A stretch of DNA of 64,000 nt from Pocillopora damicornis. Taxonomy: Eukaryota. The position numbers and the translations under genes are program-made. Below are positions 60,011 to 64,000 of the stretch, piece after piece (within the stretch, counting starts at the first letter, position 1; the number at the start of each line of letters is the position of its first letter). The stretch is taken from contig NW_020846501.1 of the NCBI RefSeq assembly GCF_003704095.1, forward strand, positions 310,001 to 374,000, given 5' to 3'. A model generated the notes under the pieces. It saw only the letters and a list, made by a program, of their open reading frames with translations. It had not been told where the DNA came from and ran no database searches.

Positions 60011-62635
60011 TATAATTTTAATATCTTGTTATCTTTTTCCAGGTAATGAATTCTGAAAAAAAAAAGTCATGCATAAAATTTAGTTCCAAGTTACCATATA
60101 AAATGACTACAGGCTTTGGTCTAAACAGAAAGAAATAACCAAGCAAGGGGCAAACAAAAAAGGCAGAAAGAGAAATAGTTAACAAGTTCTAAGAAACTTG
60201 AAAAATGAAATGCTATAATTATCATAGCTATACACATATTAGTTATTAAACTTCAAGAATACTTATGGAATATTTCAGAAGTCATTTTAAATGAGAAAAA
60301 ATTAGGAGAGGTTTTTAACTACATTTTAGCCCTTCACTATGAATGGTCTTGACGTTCTAAACTCTTTCGAGAGTTTTATAAATAATAACTTCACAACAAA
60401 GTTATAGCCAAATTGTTCTTCCGTAGAAGCTTACAACTACAAGTGAATAAGTGCAGTTGATTACATGTTCGATCGAATGTACAGTATATTTCAATCGAGG
60501 ACTCTTGATCGTAGTTTCTGAATCGATTCTACATCGACTTTAGCTTCATTAAAGACGCCATTGTTATTCAGTGACATGTATATGAGTGGCCAGGTATTCT
60601 GCAGTTGCTCCGGAAATTTTAAGGGGTAAAGCTTATCAGTAATTTTAAGATTTCGTCAACTGTTTCCAAAGAACGAAACTATTTTTGCAGAATATGGTGA
60701 ACGATTTCAATTTAATATAACCCAGGGTTAGTGTGAAATTTTATTTCAGACCTGAAAGCTTTAAAAAATTCAGCTTAGGTGTTTTGTCTACAATGCTATA
60801 ACCGGACTCTTTGAAAAGGAAAGAAGAAATCAGTATTTGAAAAAGGGTTCCTGAATATAGAAACAAAGAAACCTGGATTCAATTTTAACCCTGGATTGGC
60901 GCTGATCGGCCTTCGAACAACTAGGCCCTGAACTTGATTACACATCTAAACATCGAATGAACTGACCGCAAACTTAAACTGCACGGTTCAAACAAGGCGA
61001 GAAGGATCTGATCCGGTGGAATTGCTTTAACTTACCACAGAGAAAAGGTATTTTCTGTCACCTAATTCTTCAAAACTGCGACTCAGTCTTCTCATTGGTT
61101 TCTGCATGATCCCATGTCATCTGGCAAACACACTGAATTTCGAGCCCAGGGTCATTTTGGTTCCTTGTCAGCGGTATGGTCCCCCAATGGCGTAAGTAAT
61201 TCAAGTATGGAGTCAATGGAGAATTAATATTTACTCATGCTCAGTACATACCACATGATATATAGATTAAGGCAAGCCTAAAAGCGGAGCTCTTGTTAGT
61301 TTATTTTCTAGCCCCTCGTTGTAATAAAAACTGTAATAAAACTCTTCAGCACTGGCTGAGGAAGAGTTTCTTCAAAGAGATTAAGGGACCAGCCAAGGGG
61401 TGGGGAGGAAACGGAAGAATTGGCGAGGTCTGGAACCTGGGGACGACGTTCTCACAATTTGCAGTAAAACGCATGCTAGTCAGCTGTATCTGAGGATCTT
61501 TGTTGTTGTTCCAGATGTTTTGAGGAAATTCTCGAAGATAGAGAATCTTTTCTTCTCCAGAGGAAGTGTGCGATCTCAGCTTCAGTTGAAATTATATTAT
61601 TCTGAGCGTAACTGATAATTTTGGCTCAGGAAAATGAGCCAAAATTGAAAGAAACGACGTGCCCGGTAAACTACATCGAGTTTAGACATCACCAGTCGAT
61701 TGAAGGGTACACACGTGATAACAGTGAATTAGTAAATCAAGACGCCAGAATCGTAGTAGCTTCTTTTATATCTTCTTTTGAAGTTGCCAGGTATGATTGC
61801 TTGCCTCATCATTTTTTTCCCTAATGTTTCAACCTCCTCTTTTTCGCGTAAAAATTAAAAAGAAAAGTCATTTTCAACTCGTGCTTGAACCTGTAATTTC
61901 TTAAAACTTTTCCTCTTTTGGCTATTATTGTTTCATGANNNNNNNNNNNNNNNNNNNNNNNNNNNNNNNNNNNNNNNNNNNNNNNNNNNNNNNNNNNNNN
62001 NNNNNNNNNNNNNNNNNNNNNNNNNNNNNNNNNNNNNNAAGGTATGTTAATTAACTTTTTTATAGTTGCTTTTTGGAATGATGCATCATTCAATTTACCC
62101 ATCAAAACGATAAGATTTTTAACTTGAAATTTCAAACAATCATTTTGGATGAGGCAGCCCTCACCTTTAAAAACGCTACAAATAGTAGTGTACTGGCTAA
62201 ACCAAAGAATAAATAAAACAATCTTTTTACTTGCAATGGGGTGGTGGATTAATATTTCCCCTGCACTAGTGGATTCCAGCTCATTTTTTTACAGTTAAAA
62301 GTGTTTTACTCTGTGTCAGCAGGGGTGGATTTTGCGAACAAAAATCCCAAATCCCTCCAGGATCAAGCTAAAACAATTTAATTTTTGATGAATAGTAGAT
62401 TTCACAGCCTTTTCATTGATATATAGTGTATGGTGGTTATGCTTTAAATAGTGCTTCAAATCAAATAGTGCTAAAAACCTTTCTGTGAAGGACACCTTCG
62501 AAGGTCTACCATATCCATAATGAAGTGTCTAAATAAATTTACAGCCCAGCATTGAACTCTGTGCACAAACACTCATTGAAAGCAAGATAGTAGTCAAAGA
62601 TTTTAATAATGTTTTGGTTTGACTTAATTTTTCAG

Positions 62636-63878
62636 GCCTCTTACACAGGAACTGAGTTTCTGAAGCCGAATAATTCATTGGGTAATGGTAAGTAACTATA
62701 CAGATAGATAAGATATTGTGGAAAATATTTTTGATATTACAATAGCAAGAGAGAATGGGAAGTAGTGTTCCCTTTCTATGTTGTGTGGGTTCTTAGGAAA
62801 ATGTATAGCAACATCAGGATTGGTCCTTTTGACCCTTTTGTTTGTAGAGGTGATTGCATGAGATGTAATTTCTCCCTGCCATTCCAATATGTTTTCTTAC
62901 ATTCAGGCTCTGAGAAAAAACAAACTTATCAGCGAGAGGGTGTTATCCTGATATAAAACCAAATTCTTTTAATTCAATTTTAATTCAGTCGGGAGAATCT
63001 GCTGAATGGATCTTGAATCACTTCCTAGTGACTGCATAACAAAAAATCATTGAATTGTTATTAATAGTTTCCATGTTTTAACAATTGTTTTCATTTTAGA
63101 CGAGGGACCTTCTGTCGCTGCCTTGGAAACAGGGCAAGTAGTGGCTCAACTGCAAGTATGTAAATATCCTGTTTTATTATGTAACTCCACTAAGTATAGT
63201 ACAAATAACGCAGAAAAGAAGTATAGATATCACAATATCATCGGACAGATGGTTATTTTGTACTATGAAAAACCTGTTTAACTTGAGTCAGCTGCGCGTG
63301 CCACGCTTTTTCTATTTGCTTCGCTTTTTACACCTAATAAGAAATATGCGTAAAATAAAGCAGTAACTAATTATTACATAAGTAATTAGAAGTTACAGAT
63401 TATTGTATCGCTGGGCATTTTATATTGCTATTTGTTTGTATTTTGACTCACCCTCCAAGCTTGTCAAAATACAGTGCAACTTCTAAAAATAGTCAGTGAT
63501 AACATAAAGCAAAATGTCTAAAGAGATATAATTTTTAATGTATAAGTGTTGGTGGTAAACTTCAAATAGAGATTGATAGTAACCAGTGAAGTATAAATAT
63601 TTGTTAATCTGTCGTGATAATTATGAAGAATTTTCTTTGAAGAAAATTTGACCTAAAACTCAACTAATTTTGACACAGGAGGAGGAAATAGGATGATGTA
63701 AATGTGAAAAAATCATGTTGGGCTGCAAAAAAAAATTGTTTTCAGAGTTCATGATTATTATTACTTATTTTATTTATATATTGATCATTTTAATTTATGT
63801 ATTTATGGTTGCTAGACTCTGGAAGAAGAAAATAAAGTCCTGAAAGCAAAGCTCAGGGAGCTGGAGAAGAATTTAAAA
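62636..63878 (+). CDS. Partial paralog of the Ulp1-PHD gene's N-terminal exons, in inverted orientation
   Basis: Exons 62636-62687 (ASYTGTEFLKPNNSLGN), 63100-63155 (DEGPSVAALETGQVVAQLQ) and 63816-63878 (TLEEENKVLKAKLRELEKNLK) are in phase and similar to minus-strand exons at 53212, 52701 and 58049. Confidence 0.6.
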
Positions 63879-63964
63879 GTAAGTATCTCAAATAATGTTA
63901 CTAGACAATTCATGTTTATTAACTGAGTTGAAAATGGAAATTGGTCAGCTTAAAGAATTTCTAA

Positions 63965-64000
63965 GGTGACGTTTCGAGCGTTAGCCCCTCGTCAGAGTGA
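63965..64000 (-). mobile_element. Penelope-like terminal repeat with a minimal hammerhead-ribozyme core
   Basis: Reverse complement reads ...CTGACGA GGGGC TAAC GCTC GAAA C GTC. Confidence 0.6.

Overview
AT-rich, intron-containing animal DNA with five 100-N scaffold gaps. The SINE, MITE and Penelope-end repertoire suggests a stony coral or other anthozoan (inference). Left part (about 4-23 kb): a cluster of single-coding-exon GT31 beta-1,3-glycosyltransferases (three intact, two fragments). It was built by a tandem segmental duplication whose breakpoint lies in an ELP5 intron, and all intact copies carry an unusual second, C-terminal hydrophobic anchor. Middle: two head-to-head gene pairs, ELP5/CFAP107 (RFX X-boxes and a YY1 site in a 236-bp spacer) and NUDT8/GSTK1, then a roughly 989-aa orphan type-I membrane protein with a Cys-rich/SEA-like ectodomain, a furin-type site and a very large Lys-rich tail. 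Right part (49.6-64 kb): a gene largely missed by the ORF track and reconstructed by hand-splicing. It ends in an intact Ulp1/SENP-type cysteine protease plus a PHD finger and is probably preceded by a coiled-coil/low-complexity region made of duplicated exon pairs. An inverted paralog of those exons starts on the + strand and runs off the window. All gene models are manual and have not been checked against RNA or databases.
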